Below, one piece after another: positions 1 to 10,418 of a DNA stretch of 64,000 bases (within the stretch, counting starts at the first letter, position 1; each line of letters opens with the position of its first letter). The notes under the pieces were generated by a model. That model ran no database searches and was not told where the DNA came from. It saw only the letters and a list, made by a program, of their open reading frames with translations. This stretch comes from Promethearchaeota archaeon (GTDB lineage Archaea; Asgardarchaeota; Heimdallarchaeia; Hodarchaeales; Hodarchaeaceae). Location: contig JBHLMN010000007.1 of NCBI GenBank assembly GCA_048938105.1, positions 32,001-96,000 of the forward strand. The letters run 5' to 3'. The translations under genes were made by a program, and so were the position numbers.

Positions 1-1
1 T

Positions 2-241
2 CAACTCGCACAAGCCGAGTCTAGAGCAGATTGGTTAGAACAGTGTTTATCATACTCAAATTTTGCTCCTCTCACTATTCTGTTACGGATGGGTAATGAG
101 ATGCCCCTTGATTCTCTAGCAAAAAGTGTGGGAATGGATCCCATTGTTCTGGATAATCAACTTCAAGTACTCCATAAACGAGATTTAATTGATATTAGAA
201 GGGATGGAATAATTGTAGTAAATATGCCTACACCTGAATAA
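2..241 (+). CDS. 3' end of a gene running in from the left edge; C-terminal winged-helix-like domain
   Basis: Open frame from base 2 to TAA at 239-241: QLAQAESRADWLEQ...MPLDSLAKSVGMDPIVLDNQLQVLHKRDLIDIRRDG, an HTH plus wing pattern. Confidence 0.6.
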   Translation, partial: QLAQAESRADWLEQCLSYSNFAPLTILLRMGNEMPLDSLAKSVGMDPIVLDNQLQVLHKRDLIDIRRDGIIVVNMPTPE

Positions 242-274
242 AGAAAAGAATTAAAAGAGGGAGGATGTTACTGG

Positions 275-307
275 AATCTGCATATCTTTTTCTTTGAGAT
301 GCAGATT
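275..307. terminator. Inverted repeat between convergent genes
   Basis: AATCTGCAT (275-283) / ATGCAGATT (299-307), perfect 9-bp arms. Confidence 0.4.
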
Positions 308-338
308 TGATAGATTTTCCTTATTTTCCTAAAATAAC

Positions 339-890
339 CTAAATTTCATGATATTTTGGTGAAGAAATGTATATATGTTTATAAAAAGCTGATAATAATT
401 TCTTCAAGCACATTCTATGTTGTTCAGCCTTATCAATTGAATTAAAAACTCCTAACAGTAAAAGCTTCCGTCCTTCTAAAAATAAGCGATAGTGTTGAGA
501 GCGTGAATCCTTCACAACAATGAGCTGGAGATCATTTTTGAGCATAATACCTCTATCAGTTATAATCGCAGGTCGGAATATAATTTTTCGACCAAGATAG
601 ATATTACTCGAGGTCAGTATCAATATTGGTTGTTGATATAACGCATTCAACAACCCAAGTCCTCCAAGAATTATTCCGAAGAAGGAAACAATCAGTAAAC
701 TTATTGAAGTTATTTCTTCATACAATACTTCCATCCCAAAGGAACTGAGAATAAGGAATAATATAAGACTAAATAAACTTAATATTCCTCCATAAATGAC
801 TACTCGTTTCCAGTTGGGAGTTTCCTTAGGCAGATCAATAATGGTTTTTTTCTCAATGATATCAGTTACTCGAAAAGCTATTATATTCAC
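339..890 (-). CDS. Hypothetical membrane protein (2 TM plus soluble C-terminal domain)
   Basis: Two hydrophobic segments; start overlaps the NUDIX stop by 4 nt. Confidence 0.7.
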   Translation of the reverse strand: MNIIAFRVTDIIEKKTIIDLPKETPNWKRVVIYGGILSLFSLILFLILSSFGMEVLYEEITSISLLIVSFFGIILGGLGLLNALYQQPILILTSSNIYLGRKIIFRPAIITDRGIMLKNDLQLIVVKDSRSQHYRLFLEGRKLLLLGVFNSIDKAEQHRMCLKKLLSAFYKHIYISSPKYHEI

Positions 891-1429
891 CCATCCTTCT
901 CAAAGCAATTACAATACAATATATATAATGCTATTAATGTTTTTCCATCTTTAATTACTCCAGTATTTATATAGTGACGCATGTCATTAAATGAAAGGAT
1001 TTCTACCTCTGAAATCTCATCTGATGAGAAAGGTGCCCCTTTTAGAGAGATTCCTGTACCTTTATAGATATATAGCACCTCAGATGAATAACCGATGGCA
1101 GGAACATATTTTAGAAGGAGTTCGAGATTCTTAACAGTATGTCCTGTCTCTTCTTCAAATTCTCGTCGAATACACGCTTCTGGATCTTCACCAGGATCAA
1201 TCTTTCCAGCAGGAATTTCAAGAGTTTCTTCTTGGATTGAATAGCGATATTGTTTGACAAATAGTACCTGCCCATCTTCCAGAATAGGCACTAAAGCTGC
1301 TGCATCAGGATGTTCAACACGAATACGCTCTGTCACTCTTCCTGAGGGAAGTTCAACCTCATCAAGATTCACAGAGAACGAACGAGCTCGGATTGTCTCA
1401 ACTGTTCTCAATTTTTGTTCTTTTCCCAT
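887..1429 (-). CDS. NUDIX hydrolase, ADP-ribose pyrophosphatase-like
   Basis: Nudix box GKIDPGEDPEACIRREFEEETG; QYRY and LEIPAG motifs. Confidence 0.92.
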   Translation of the reverse strand: MGKEQKLRTVETIRARSFSVNLDEVELPSGRVTERIRVEHPDAAALVPILEDGQVLFVKQYRYSIQEETLEIPAGKIDPGEDPEACIRREFEEETGHTVKNLELLLKYVPAIGYSSEVLYIYKGTGISLKGAPFSSDEISEVEILSFNDMRHYINTGVIKDGKTLIALYILYCNCFEKDG

Positions 1430-1587
1430 AGTTTATCACTAAAATGATTTTATCAAACATTTCCTACTAATTTTTTCCTTCCAGCAGGAGTATTAAATCT
1501 TAGTTCAGAGAACGAATAAACAATATCTTTGTTATTCTCATTTAGGCAAAAGTAAAGAGTTGTTTAAGTAAGAATTCTCTCTTTATT

Positions 1588-3099
1588 TCAGTATTGTTTT
1601 CCTACATAGACATAGATTGACGCTTTTTTTCCACAGATGAAGCATTTTTCCCCTTTCCTAGGAGTTATGTTTTTATCAATCTCACGCATGTCTCTTCCTC
1701 TGACTGTAGCTGCTAATTGATCTTTAATTTCCATGGCACACTCTTCCCCATCAAGGTCAAGTGAACACCATGGGATTTTACACATTTTTTTGTTGTTGAC
1801 TTTTTCTTTTAATTCATCCATTGTATTTGCTTCTGTAATACTTTCATTAAAATGTTTTTGGGCATTAATGCGAATATTCTCTGTTAAAGCAGCTCCAAAT
1901 TCTGGGATTTTATTCACAAGATCATCAAACGGAATTGTTACTTTTTCTCTAGTATCACGTCTGAAAATAGTGATTTTCTTTTCTTTCACTTCCTTATTAC
2001 CGATTTCAAGTCGCAATGGTACTCCTTTCATTTCCCAAAAATAATATTTATCTCCAGGTCTACTGTCGCTTAAATCTATCTTTACACGATAACCTTTATC
2101 AATAAGGATATTCTCAATTTCAATACAATATTCTTCTATATGTTTGATATCCTTTTTCTTAGGAATGGGGATGATCACCACTTGTTTTGGAGCTACATCA
2201 AAGGGGAAAATCAACCCATTGTTATCTCCATGAACAGCTATCATTCCTCCAAATATTCGTGATATTGCTGGGCCATAACAGGTTTGATATGCTATTTTTT
2301 CATCACCATTCTGATCTGTATAAGTAATGCCGAATGCTTCCGCAAAATTGGAACCTAAAAGGTGGGTGGATGGTAGTTGCAAAAACCTTCCATCAGGCAT
2401 CAAGGTATCAGCAGCAAACGTGTGAACAGCGCCAGCAAATTTATCCCATTCTGGACGTTGGAAATAAATAATTGGAATTCCAAAAATATCAGTCATTACA
2501 TTATACGCAATTTGCATATCTTCTCTGGTCTGAGCTATAGCCTCCTCCATTGTCTGAAAAACGTTATGAGATTCAATCCAGATGAATTCACGACCTCTTA
2601 AGAATGGACGTGTCGATTTTCCTTCGTATCTAAAGACACTCCCACTTTGATAAAGTTTTAATGGTAGATCTCGCCAACTTCTAACCCATAAGGAGTATAA
2701 TGGATACATTGCAGTTTCAGAGGTTGGTCGAAGAGCTAACCTTTCTTCTAGAACTTCATTGCCCGCTCTTTCGATCCAGAATACTTCAGGGGTGAATCCT
2801 TCCACATGATCCTTTTCTACTTGAAAATTTGATTCTGGAATTACCATTGGGAATATTACTGGTTCATGACCAAATTTATCCAATTCATTTTCATAATAAT
2901 CAAACATCTTTTTCATTGCTATTGTTGCATATGCCCTATAAACAACAAAGCCTTTCACATTATAACGCATATCTGCGAGCTCAGCTCGCTTTACAATTTC
3001 AGTAAACCACTCAGAAAAGTTTTTCTCTTTGTCAATATTGAAAGTTTCTATTTCGGAAATAGATAACGCGTTTTCATTCATTGATTCATTATCGGACAT
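1588..3099 (-). CDS. proS: Prolyl-tRNA synthetase, archaeal/eukaryotic type
   Basis: LRPTSET, FRYE...PFLRGREF, anticodon domain KGVPLRLEIG, C-terminal Zn site and terminal Tyr. Confidence 0.97.
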   Translation of the reverse strand: MSDNESMNENALSISEIETFNIDKEKNFSEWFTEIVKRAELADMRYNVKGFVVYRAYATIAMKKMFDYYENELDKFGHEPVIFPMVIPESNFQVEKDHVEGFTPEVFWIERAGNEVLEERLALRPTSETAMYPLYSLWVRSWRDLPLKLYQSGSVFRYEGKSTRPFLRGREFIWIESHNVFQTMEEAIAQTREDMQIAYNVMTDIFGIPIIYFQRPEWDKFAGAVHTFAADTLMPDGRFLQLPSTHLLGSNFAEAFGITYTDQNGDEKIAYQTCYGPAISRIFGGMIAVHGDNNGLIFPFDVAPKQVVIIPIPKKKDIKHIEEYCIEIENILIDKGYRVKIDLSDSRPGDKYYFWEMKGVPLRLEIGNKEVKEKKITIFRRDTREKVTIPFDDLVNKIPEFGAALTENIRINAQKHFNESITEANTMDELKEKVNNKKMCKIPWCSLDLDGEECAMEIKDQLAATVRGRDMREIDKNITPRKGEKCFICGKKASIYVYVGKQY

Positions 3100-3343
3100 G
3101 ATTCATCGACCTGTGTGTCTATTATAAGTTTTTGGGAATATATCTCCCCTACTAAGAAATCTAAAGTTGATTAAAAAGCTTTTTGGAAGAGTTTGGGATG
3201 TACTTTGACAAAAATAAGGAGTTAAACGAGCATTTATACTGTTAAATGTAAGGAAAGCGATCCATCCTATAATTACTCTCCAATCTACCCCTTTTCAATT
3301 CATCTTTTAAGCTTCTCAGTATATCTCAATATATCGATTTACA

Positions 3344-4486
3344 ATGCCCCTTCGTCAATCTCTTTCAGGTATTCGTATTCTGGACTTAACCAGTAATCTT
3401 CCAGGGCCTTTAGCAAGTCAAATATTGGGTGATTTCGGAGCTGATGTTATTAAAGTAGAATCACTCAAAGGAGACAATGTAAGGCATGTTCCACCTTTTA
3501 TTGAAACAGAATCTGTTTTATTTCTTTTACTTAATAGGAATAAGCGATCTATTGCCATAGATCTTAAAACTGGTGAAGGAATAAAACTTTTTTATGAATT
3601 AGTTAAGACCTGCGATGTTGTACTAGAAGGATTTCGTCCTGGAACAACTAAACGAATGAAGATTGATTTTAATACACTTAAAAAACACAAACAAGATATA
3701 ATTTATTGTTCATTGATTGGTTATGACTTAGAAGATATGAGGTCTGGACATGATTTGAATTATGTGGGGGAAACTGGTATCCTCGATCTAACTGGGCCTA
3801 AAGATATTCCAACTCCAATAGGAGTTCCAATAGCTGATATCGGAGGGGGTAGTCTACCAGCTGTAATTTCCATCCTTGCGGCCTTATTAAACCGAAAAGA
3901 AGTACCTCAATTTCTTTGTGTTAAGATGACGGAGCAGTTAATCCCATGGTTGAGTGTTGCTGCATCTACTTACTTAGCAGGATTAGGTGAACCGCAACGA
4001 GAAGAACATGTATTATCAGGGTACAATCCATTCTATCGACTTTATCGAACAAAAGATAATCGATATGTGTCATTCGCACCAATAGAGTCTAAATTTTGGC
4101 ATAATTTTTGTAAAGCCATTGACCGAGAGGATCTTATCGGAAAGCAATTTGATTTCGACACTTGTAATATTGAACTACCTGAAATTTTTATTCAGAAAAC
4201 TCAATTGGAATGGACACACTGGTTCACAAATAATGATGTCCCAGGGGCTCCTGTTTTGTCAGTGGGAGAGGCATTAAGCGTAAAATCACGACTTCAAGAA
4301 CTCTATCACTCTATAGCAGGTAAAGTGTCTCTATTTGCTTCACCATTCTTAGATTATAATAATAAGGTGGATTTTCGTCCCCCACCTCTTCTAGGACAAC
4401 ATACGAGAAAAATTCTAGAAGAACTTGGATTTTCAGATGAAATCAACCAATTAAAACAGAAAGGAATAATTCTCACTTCAGGATGA
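3344..4486 (+). CDS. CoA-transferase family III (CaiB/BaiF)
   Basis: LPGP...GADVIKVE, NRNKRSIAIDLK, GFRPG, GHDLNY, PPLLGQHT. Confidence 0.93.
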   Translation: MPLRQSLSGIRILDLTSNLPGPLASQILGDFGADVIKVESLKGDNVRHVPPFIETESVLFLLLNRNKRSIAIDLKTGEGIKLFYELVKTCDVVLEGFRPGTTKRMKIDFNTLKKHKQDIIYCSLIGYDLEDMRSGHDLNYVGETGILDLTGPKDIPTPIGVPIADIGGGSLPAVISILAALLNRKEVPQFLCVKMTEQLIPWLSVAASTYLAGLGEPQREEHVLSGYNPFYRLYRTKDNRYVSFAPIESKFWHNFCKAIDREDLIGKQFDFDTCNIELPEIFIQKTQLEWTHWFTNNDVPGAPVLSVGEALSVKSRLQELYHSIAGKVSLFASPFLDYNNKVDFRPPPLLGQHTRKILEELGFSDEINQLKQKGIILTSG

Positions 4487-4517
4487 TTATACAAGACTTA
4501 GTATTCTTGTAGATCAT
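4483..4517. terminator. Hairpin spanning both stop codons of convergent genes
   Basis: ATGAT-TA-TACAAGA...TCTTGTA-G-ATCAT. Confidence 0.4.
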
Positions 4518-5431
4518 TTATGATCAATCCCAGAATCTAAATACCCATCTTTTGAAATCAAAGCGTAAGCCATTCGTATTGTGTTAAAGTGATACCCTAT
4601 CCTACCTTTTTTATCGATCAAGATGATACCACCAAAACCTCCAATTCCAGCGATTTTGTCAATAACGATTTTAGCAGCCATTTGTGGAGTATACCCTTTT
4701 TCAATAAGATCTGTGGCTAGTTTTGCTGCATTTAGCTTCATAAACGATTCACCATGACCTGTAGATGAAGCTGCTGCAACTTTGTTAGCATAACCACCAC
4801 TACCAATGATTGAACTATCTCCTAATCGTCCTATCATTTTAAATGGAGACCCTCCTGTTGATGTTGCTGAAGCTAGACTTCCGTTCATGTCTACTGCAAC
4901 TGCCCCCACTGTACCTTTTGCATTTGGAGAAAAAATATCATCTCCGATATTCCCTTTTTCCCATCGTTTCTGCTCACGGGGAATAATCAACTCCTCTGGA
5001 TCACAACTCAATCCAACTTTTTCCGCAAATTTATCAGCGCCTCGACCAACTAACATCATTGGTGAATTCACTTGATCCAATAACTTTCGTGCAAGAATAA
5101 TAGGATTACAACAGTTAGAGACCGCACCGATTGCTCCAGCATTAAGTGTACTGCCGTCCATTATTAAAGCATCCAGTTCTACATATCCTTCCTCATTTAA
5201 AAACGAACCTATCCCTGCATCAAAGGTAGGATCTTCTTCCATACAAATTACTGCCTTCTCAACGGCCTCAAGAGCACTTCCATGTTCAACCAGAACTTTA
5301 TACCCAGTTTTAACTGCATTAATAACGCCATCCAGATGTTCTGCCTTTAAATCTTCTGGAATACTCCAAGCACCTCCATGAACTATGATTGATGGTCTAT
5401 TTACTCCTTGTAAAGTATTTCTAGGGTTCAT
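4514..5431 (-). CDS. Isoaspartyl peptidase / plant-type L-asparaginase (Ntn hydrolase)
   Basis: VHGGA, autocleavage GTVGAVA, ATSTGG, GRLGDS, STGHGE. Confidence 0.93.
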   Translation of the reverse strand: MNPRNTLQGVNRPSIIVHGGAWSIPEDLKAEHLDGVINAVKTGYKVLVEHGSALEAVEKAVICMEEDPTFDAGIGSFLNEEGYVELDALIMDGSTLNAGAIGAVSNCCNPIILARKLLDQVNSPMMLVGRGADKFAEKVGLSCDPEELIIPREQKRWEKGNIGDDIFSPNAKGTVGAVAVDMNGSLASATSTGGSPFKMIGRLGDSSIIGSGGYANKVAAASSTGHGESFMKLNAAKLATDLIEKGYTPQMAAKIVIDKIAGIGGFGGIILIDKKGRIGYHFNTIRMAYALISKDGYLDSGIDHK

Positions 5432-5560
5432 TTGACTTCTATCAGCAATTATCTTTCGTTTTTTTGTAGATGTTGCTATATAAAAACAAACAGTAGAAAC
5501 TAAATTTATTACTAAAACCCTAGGTTCATCTTCTACAAGACTTGTTCTATTATCAGTACT

Positions 5561-8500
5561 TTATTTTTTGTCATTCGAGGTCTTGATGAGGGGATTACTT
5601 TCTTTCACAGTGATTTCATCTTTATCGGTTGATGTACCACTCGATCGTGAAGATTCACTCACTGGGAGTGGTTTCAGCTTAAGTGGAGTTTTATCTTCTT
5701 TTATACTTTCATCTTTGATCAAGGAGGTTTTACCTGAAAATAAGTGACTTTGGTTACTAAATTTACCAAGCTGATATATTATGAATAATAGGAAAAATCC
5801 TACTTCAAAACCTGTAACAATTAAAAATGCCACTGGATCAAGAGAAAAGCTTTGTGAAGAAGGGAAAAATGGTAATGGCTCTTCTGGTGGTTGAGTTGGT
5901 TGTGGTTGAGTTGCCATAAATAGTATCGCTTGTATTAAGATATGAGTCAAAAGTAAGAGAATAAATCCAAACTGCCCTTTCGAAGCTGCTCTTTTTGTCC
6001 AAACCAGCTTGTCTTTGATAGAAAGGTCTGGGTTTGATCCTTGAAGAATTAAAAATGCCCAGATTCTCTGAAAAATTAGTAAATGGAGTAACATTATTAG
6101 TACTAAGGATGCTATAAGGAAAATATCAGTAGCTGTTACAGTATAGAAAAAACTTTCAAATAATAACGATTGTACGATAATATTAAACAATATCATAACA
6201 ATAATATTTAGAATATAACAGACTAGAATGCTAATTACTCCTATTATAAAACCTATTATTATATTTTTGATTAAATTATCAGGTAGAACATTATGTGAGA
6301 AGTAATACGAGATAGGCCCAATAGAAGCAAGACCTACAAATAACAACAAGGGATTTATAAAGAAGAACATAATCTGGTAATCTTCATAATAATCAAGAAA
6401 ATTATCATCACTTGGAACTAATAAAATGAGCCGCCAGATGATATCAGAAGGCATTAAACCCCGAACAATAACCTGAGCATCTAGAATGTAATTCAGAGTC
6501 ACAATAGCAAGCAGAATTAGGAATACTGTTTGGATTTGGAGCTTTTTATCTTTCAGAAAAGACCACATAGAGGTTGAATCTGAAAATGCTGAGAGATCGA
6601 TTCCTAATTGAGAAGAATAGAATTGTATTTCTTGAATATCTTTTTTTGAAGGGAAAACAGAAGGACGGTAGAAAACTGGCTTCACTGGTTTTTCAACATA
6701 AGAACGAACCATTGGTCTTCCTGAAATCGTTGAAATGATATTTTTCTGACTTGATCTGTAAGAAGGGAGTATTGTGCTTGCCAAGGTGATCATAAAAGAA
6801 ATAATGACCCACAGCAAAACACGATCCAGTTGAAACTGGATTTCAATGGGTATACTGAGAGAGATATACCAAGCAAGAAGAATATATCCCAGTAATCCAT
6901 CAATCAAGCCGATAAAAAGTGCTGAGAAACCTAAAGCAGTAGATTCAGACATGAATATACCAAAAATATTTAGTTTATGTAAGCCTAAACTACGCATAAT
7001 CCCCATTTCTCTCTCCATTCGTAATGTGGAAATGAGAATGCAAATAAATTGAGCCATCGCAGCTAGAATAAATGATTCAACAAAAAGAACTTGAAAGATT
7101 GCAGTTTGAAAAACAAGACTTTCTTCTATCAATTCCCTAAAGAATGTAACTCCTATTACTTCCTTAAACTGAACGTAACTAGCTTCTAAGTTTAGTTGAA
7201 CGGATGCAACATCACCATTAACATCACAGACAAACCATTTTGCGAGGTTCGATTTAAAAAACTCTTGAAAACGTTCAGACGTGATGTACAGGTATTCTCC
7301 ATCGTTTAAAAAGACATTTCCTTGTATTATTGCACTAAGAGTTACATTAACTGTAGTAGTGCTATTAATAGCAATTGGGACATTTGAACCCAGCGGAATC
7401 TTAGGACGGATACGTTGGTAGAGACGATGTGAAATCAACCCATTTGTTACATTTATAGTTGTTAGGGCTCCAGATGTTATATTTAAAGTTGTTTGTGTCG
7501 TCTCATTCAAAAAAACATATGATGATTCTTCATCAATTGCATCCAAAACAGGTTCAGCAAAATGGGAATATCTGATAGGGTCAACACCGAATACATATCC
7601 ATTCTCGCCTCCAATTTCTGTTCTCGCTTCTTGAATAAACGAGGATAGTCTAATATCGCGTCGGCGATCGAGTTGTTGAGTAAAGCTTGTTGAAAGGAGA
7701 CTATTATCTCTAGTTTCAGCAACTAGGTCTATACTACCCCATTGACTCTCAAAATAAGCGGGAACGCTGGCTATCACAGCTGCTGATGTCAAACCTGTCA
7801 CAATTATGAATGCAAGAGCTAAAGCTGAAGTTAAAATTGTAAAAAGAGATTTTTGGAATTCTCGCTCAATATTACGCATAGAAATAGTTCGAGTAATAAT
7901 ACCGAAGTAGACTAGCATTCTCATACCGATTTTAGGTAGAAACACAAGAATTCCAATTTCTAGAAATAAAGTCCCAATGAAAATCAAAATGACAACAAAA
8001 AAGTGAACTGAAAGCACTGAAAAATCTAAAAAGCGAGATGGACCGACAAAGAATTGTAATGTAAATCCCGTAATGGAAAGAAGAAAACCCAAAGCAATAC
8101 TATATTTCCAATTGCCAGTGATTTTTGTTGATTTAGCTGTTCGCATTCGAGAATGAATATTTTGTACAACAGGAACGTTCAGCGCTAAGAAAAGGGGATA
8201 AAGGCCAGAGATGAGTGAAACAACAATACCAGAGAGAAACGTGGCAATAATTGAAGAAGATTGAATAGAAATTTTCTGGATCTCCAGACCAATGTAAAAA
8301 GAGTCGATCAGAGAAACAAGTAAGGTAGAAAAACTAATACCTGCAAAAACTCCTAAAATACTCCCTATTATGGAATAGATTAGGATTTCTAAAGCAATGA
8401 CTACTATAAGTTGACCTGTATTTATTCCTACGGCACGTAGAGTTCCAAGTTCTTTAGATCGATCATTAATTGCTATTGCTAAGACATTTGTAATAAAAAG

Positions 8501-9556
8501 GAATTCCACTACAAAAGAGGCTAAAATGACGAGATTCATTGCTGTTTGATAGGCGCGTATCCCGATAGACTCAATTTCGGAAATGTCTTTCTCTAGTAAC
8601 ACATAATTATCAAGACCTACAGCATCTTTAATACGTTCACCTATTTTCTTAATTCCAACAAGATTGTCAACAGATGCATCAATCTCTCCTGTTAAGGAAG
8701 TCATACTAAGTCTTTGATCTTTTAAAATAAGATCATATAAGACTTCAATATCAACCAGAACCATATAATGTAACAATTTATTTCCGAAATAGGGTTCATC
8801 ACTCATGACCCCTCCTACAGTGACTTCAGTAACATTGATTTCGATTTCATCTGAAACAACAGGAATTGGAGTTCCGATCTCAACCCCAAGAGTCTGTTGA
8901 ATACTCTCGGAAATCATTATTGTAAAACCAGAAACTTTACGTTCTCCAGTAACTACGTTTAGATGGGAAAAATCGGGGTGAGTTTTTGAATCAATTCCAT
9001 AAACCAAGACATTATCACTAATTTCGACATCTAAAAAGCGATTTGCAGACATATAGTAGACAGGACTGGCTGTTGTTACTCCTGAAACCTTATGAACATC
9101 TTTTGCTAAGGTTTGAAGACTTGTGAGATTAATCCAGTCCTTGGGATGGACTGTGATGTCCGTATAGTTTTGTTGTCTATGATCTAAGATAAAATCATCA
9201 TAAAGTGTGTCAACGCTTATCACAATTCCTGTTTCAAGTGCAACTGTGAGTAAGATACCCAATATCAGAAGAAAAGATCGATATTTGGATCGAGTAGCAT
9301 TTCGAAATGCTAAACCAAACGTTAACCTCATTTGAGTTCTACTATTATGGAATGTTTTCACAACAGCTTTTTTCAAGGACGATTGCCTAATGATAATGCT
9401 TTTTATTTGAATTGTTTTCCTGGTACTTTCTTTTAGGGCCGATAATGTTGTCATTACTCTTCTAGAGAGGAGAATTTCTCGGATCCCCCCCAAAAGGGTC
9501 AAAAGTGTGGCCTTTACTCCTCTAGTATGTATGACTTTTTTGAGAGACTCCTGCAT
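5561..9556 (-). CDS. FtsX/MacB-family ABC permease (two repeats) with extra C-terminal membrane domain; true start may be ~9331
   Basis: Two RxxExGxxRxxG motifs (RSKELGTLRAVG, MEREMGIMRSLG), two extracytoplasmic domains, extra TM helices. Confidence 0.85.
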   Translation of the reverse strand: MQESLKKVIHTRGVKATLLTLLGGIREILLSRRVMTTLSALKESTRKTIQIKSIIIRQSSLKKAVVKTFHNSRTQMRLTFGLAFRNATRSKYRSFLLILGILLTVALETGIVISVDTLYDDFILDHRQQNYTDITVHPKDWINLTSLQTLAKDVHKVSGVTTASPVYYMSANRFLDVEISDNVLVYGIDSKTHPDFSHLNVVTGERKVSGFTIMISESIQQTLGVEIGTPIPVVSDEIEINVTEVTVGGVMSDEPYFGNKLLHYMVLVDIEVLYDLILKDQRLSMTSLTGEIDASVDNLVGIKKIGERIKDAVGLDNYVLLEKDISEIESIGIRAYQTAMNLVILASFVVEFLFITNVLAIAINDRSKELGTLRAVGINTGQLIVVIALEILIYSIIGSILGVFAGISFSTLLVSLIDSFYIGLEIQKISIQSSSIIATFLSGIVVSLISGLYPLFLALNVPVVQNIHSRMRTAKSTKITGNWKYSIALGFLLSITGFTLQFFVGPSRFLDFSVLSVHFFVVILIFIGTLFLEIGILVFLPKIGMRMLVYFGIITRTISMRNIEREFQKSLFTILTSALALAFIIVTGLTSAAVIASVPAYFESQWGSIDLVAETRDNSLLSTSFTQQLDRRRDIRLSSFIQEARTEIGGENGYVFGVDPIRYSHFAEPVLDAIDEESSYVFLNETTQTTLNITSGALTTINVTNGLISHRLYQRIRPKIPLGSNVPIAINSTTTVNVTLSAIIQGNVFLNDGEYLYITSERFQEFFKSNLAKWFVCDVNGDVASVQLNLEASYVQFKEVIGVTFFRELIEESLVFQTAIFQVLFVESFILAAMAQFICILISTLRMEREMGIMRSLGLHKLNIFGIFMSESTALGFSALFIGLIDGLLGYILLAWYISLSIPIEIQFQLDRVLLWVIISFMITLASTILPSYRSSQKNIISTISGRPMVRSYVEKPVKPVFYRPSVFPSKKDIQEIQFYSSQLGIDLSAFSDSTSMWSFLKDKKLQIQTVFLILLAIVTLNYILDAQVIVRGLMPSDIIWRLILLVPSDDNFLDYYEDYQIMFFFINPLLLFVGLASIGPISYYFSHNVLPDNLIKNIIIGFIIGVISILVCYILNIIVMILFNIIVQSLLFESFFYTVTATDIFLIASLVLIMLLHLLIFQRIWAFLILQGSNPDLSIKDKLVWTKRAASKGQFGFILLLLTHILIQAILFMATQPQPTQPPEEPLPFFPSSQSFSLDPVAFLIVTGFEVGFFLLFIIYQLGKFSNQSHLFSGKTSLIKDESIKEDKTPLKLKPLPVSESSRSSGTSTDKDEITVKESNPLIKTSNDKK

Positions 9557-9624
9557 GGATGGATACTCACGCCCATGAAAGGTTTTTCTTTCAACATAAC
9601 CCTTTTGTTTTAAAAATGTACTAT

Positions 9625-9670
9625 TGATGCATTGAAGAAAACTTGAAACTAGAAGTCTTCAATGAAATCA
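9625..9670. promoter_or_regulatory. Inverted repeat in divergent promoter region
   Basis: TGAT.CATTGAAGA...TCTTCAATG..ATCA. Confidence 0.35.
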
Positions 9671-9835
9671 GTATTACATCTTATATTAAGTTACCTCAGA
9701 CATATAAAAATTATTATTAGCATTAATCACTGAAGTAGTCAGTAGATTTCACCAATTCAAATCGATATTACTTATACATCAGCCTCCAATGAACTTATTT
9801 ATTCTTGTTATCTAATTACTGATTGAGGAGATCAA

Positions 9836-10396
9836 GTGACACAGACAAATTCTAATCATCCAATAAGAATGGAAAAAATTATGATCAGTCCAAAGAGAAT
9901 GATTTATATCAAGCTTTGGGGACCCTCATATCATCCTAAATGGGGAATGACACGATCAACTATCGAATTACAGGAAGCCAGAGTATCTGACGGTAAACAA
10001 ATATCCTATGGAAGCCCTGTTCGACTTCCTTGTGATGGATCGTCAGCTATCATTGCAGATTTGATTCCTCATTTCATTATCGAGGGAAGACAATTAAATA
10101 GCGAATTTAAGAACCAAAAGAAAGAATTGACACAGGTTTTCACTGAGACGCTTAGACTGGAAGATAACAATCAATATTCTAGCATAAATTTAGAATCAGT
10201 TCTATTGGCCGAGTTTTCAAATCAAAAATTATCTAAAACCAGAATTCATTCAAAACTAACTGAAAAAGGATACGAAATTGATAAAGAAGCACTAGAGCAA
10301 TCTCTCGAATTATTAGCAGATCGAGAGAAAATAACAAAGGAGGTTGCTGTTCATGCTTCCTCTGGTACAAATTATTTTTTGTGGGGATTTTCATAA
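9836..10396 (+). CDS. Hypothetical protein with C-terminal winged-helix-like domain
   Basis: LSKTRIHSKLTEKGYEIDKEALEQSLELLADREKI...NYFLW; GAGGAG upstream of GTG. Confidence 0.7.
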   Translation: MTQTNSNHPIRMEKIMISPKRMIYIKLWGPSYHPKWGMTRSTIELQEARVSDGKQISYGSPVRLPCDGSSAIIADLIPHFIIEGRQLNSEFKNQKKELTQVFTETLRLEDNNQYSSINLESVLLAEFSNQKLSKTRIHSKLTEKGYEIDKEALEQSLELLADREKITKEVAVHASSGTNYFLWGFS

Positions 10397-10418
10397 ATCT
10401 TTTTCGGAGATAATCTTT

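Noticed and set aside
10344-10418. 53-nt overlap of DUF763 with the upstream gene
   Set aside because: Family-like sequence starts at MQRSG (10419), so the longer start is probably a prediction artefact
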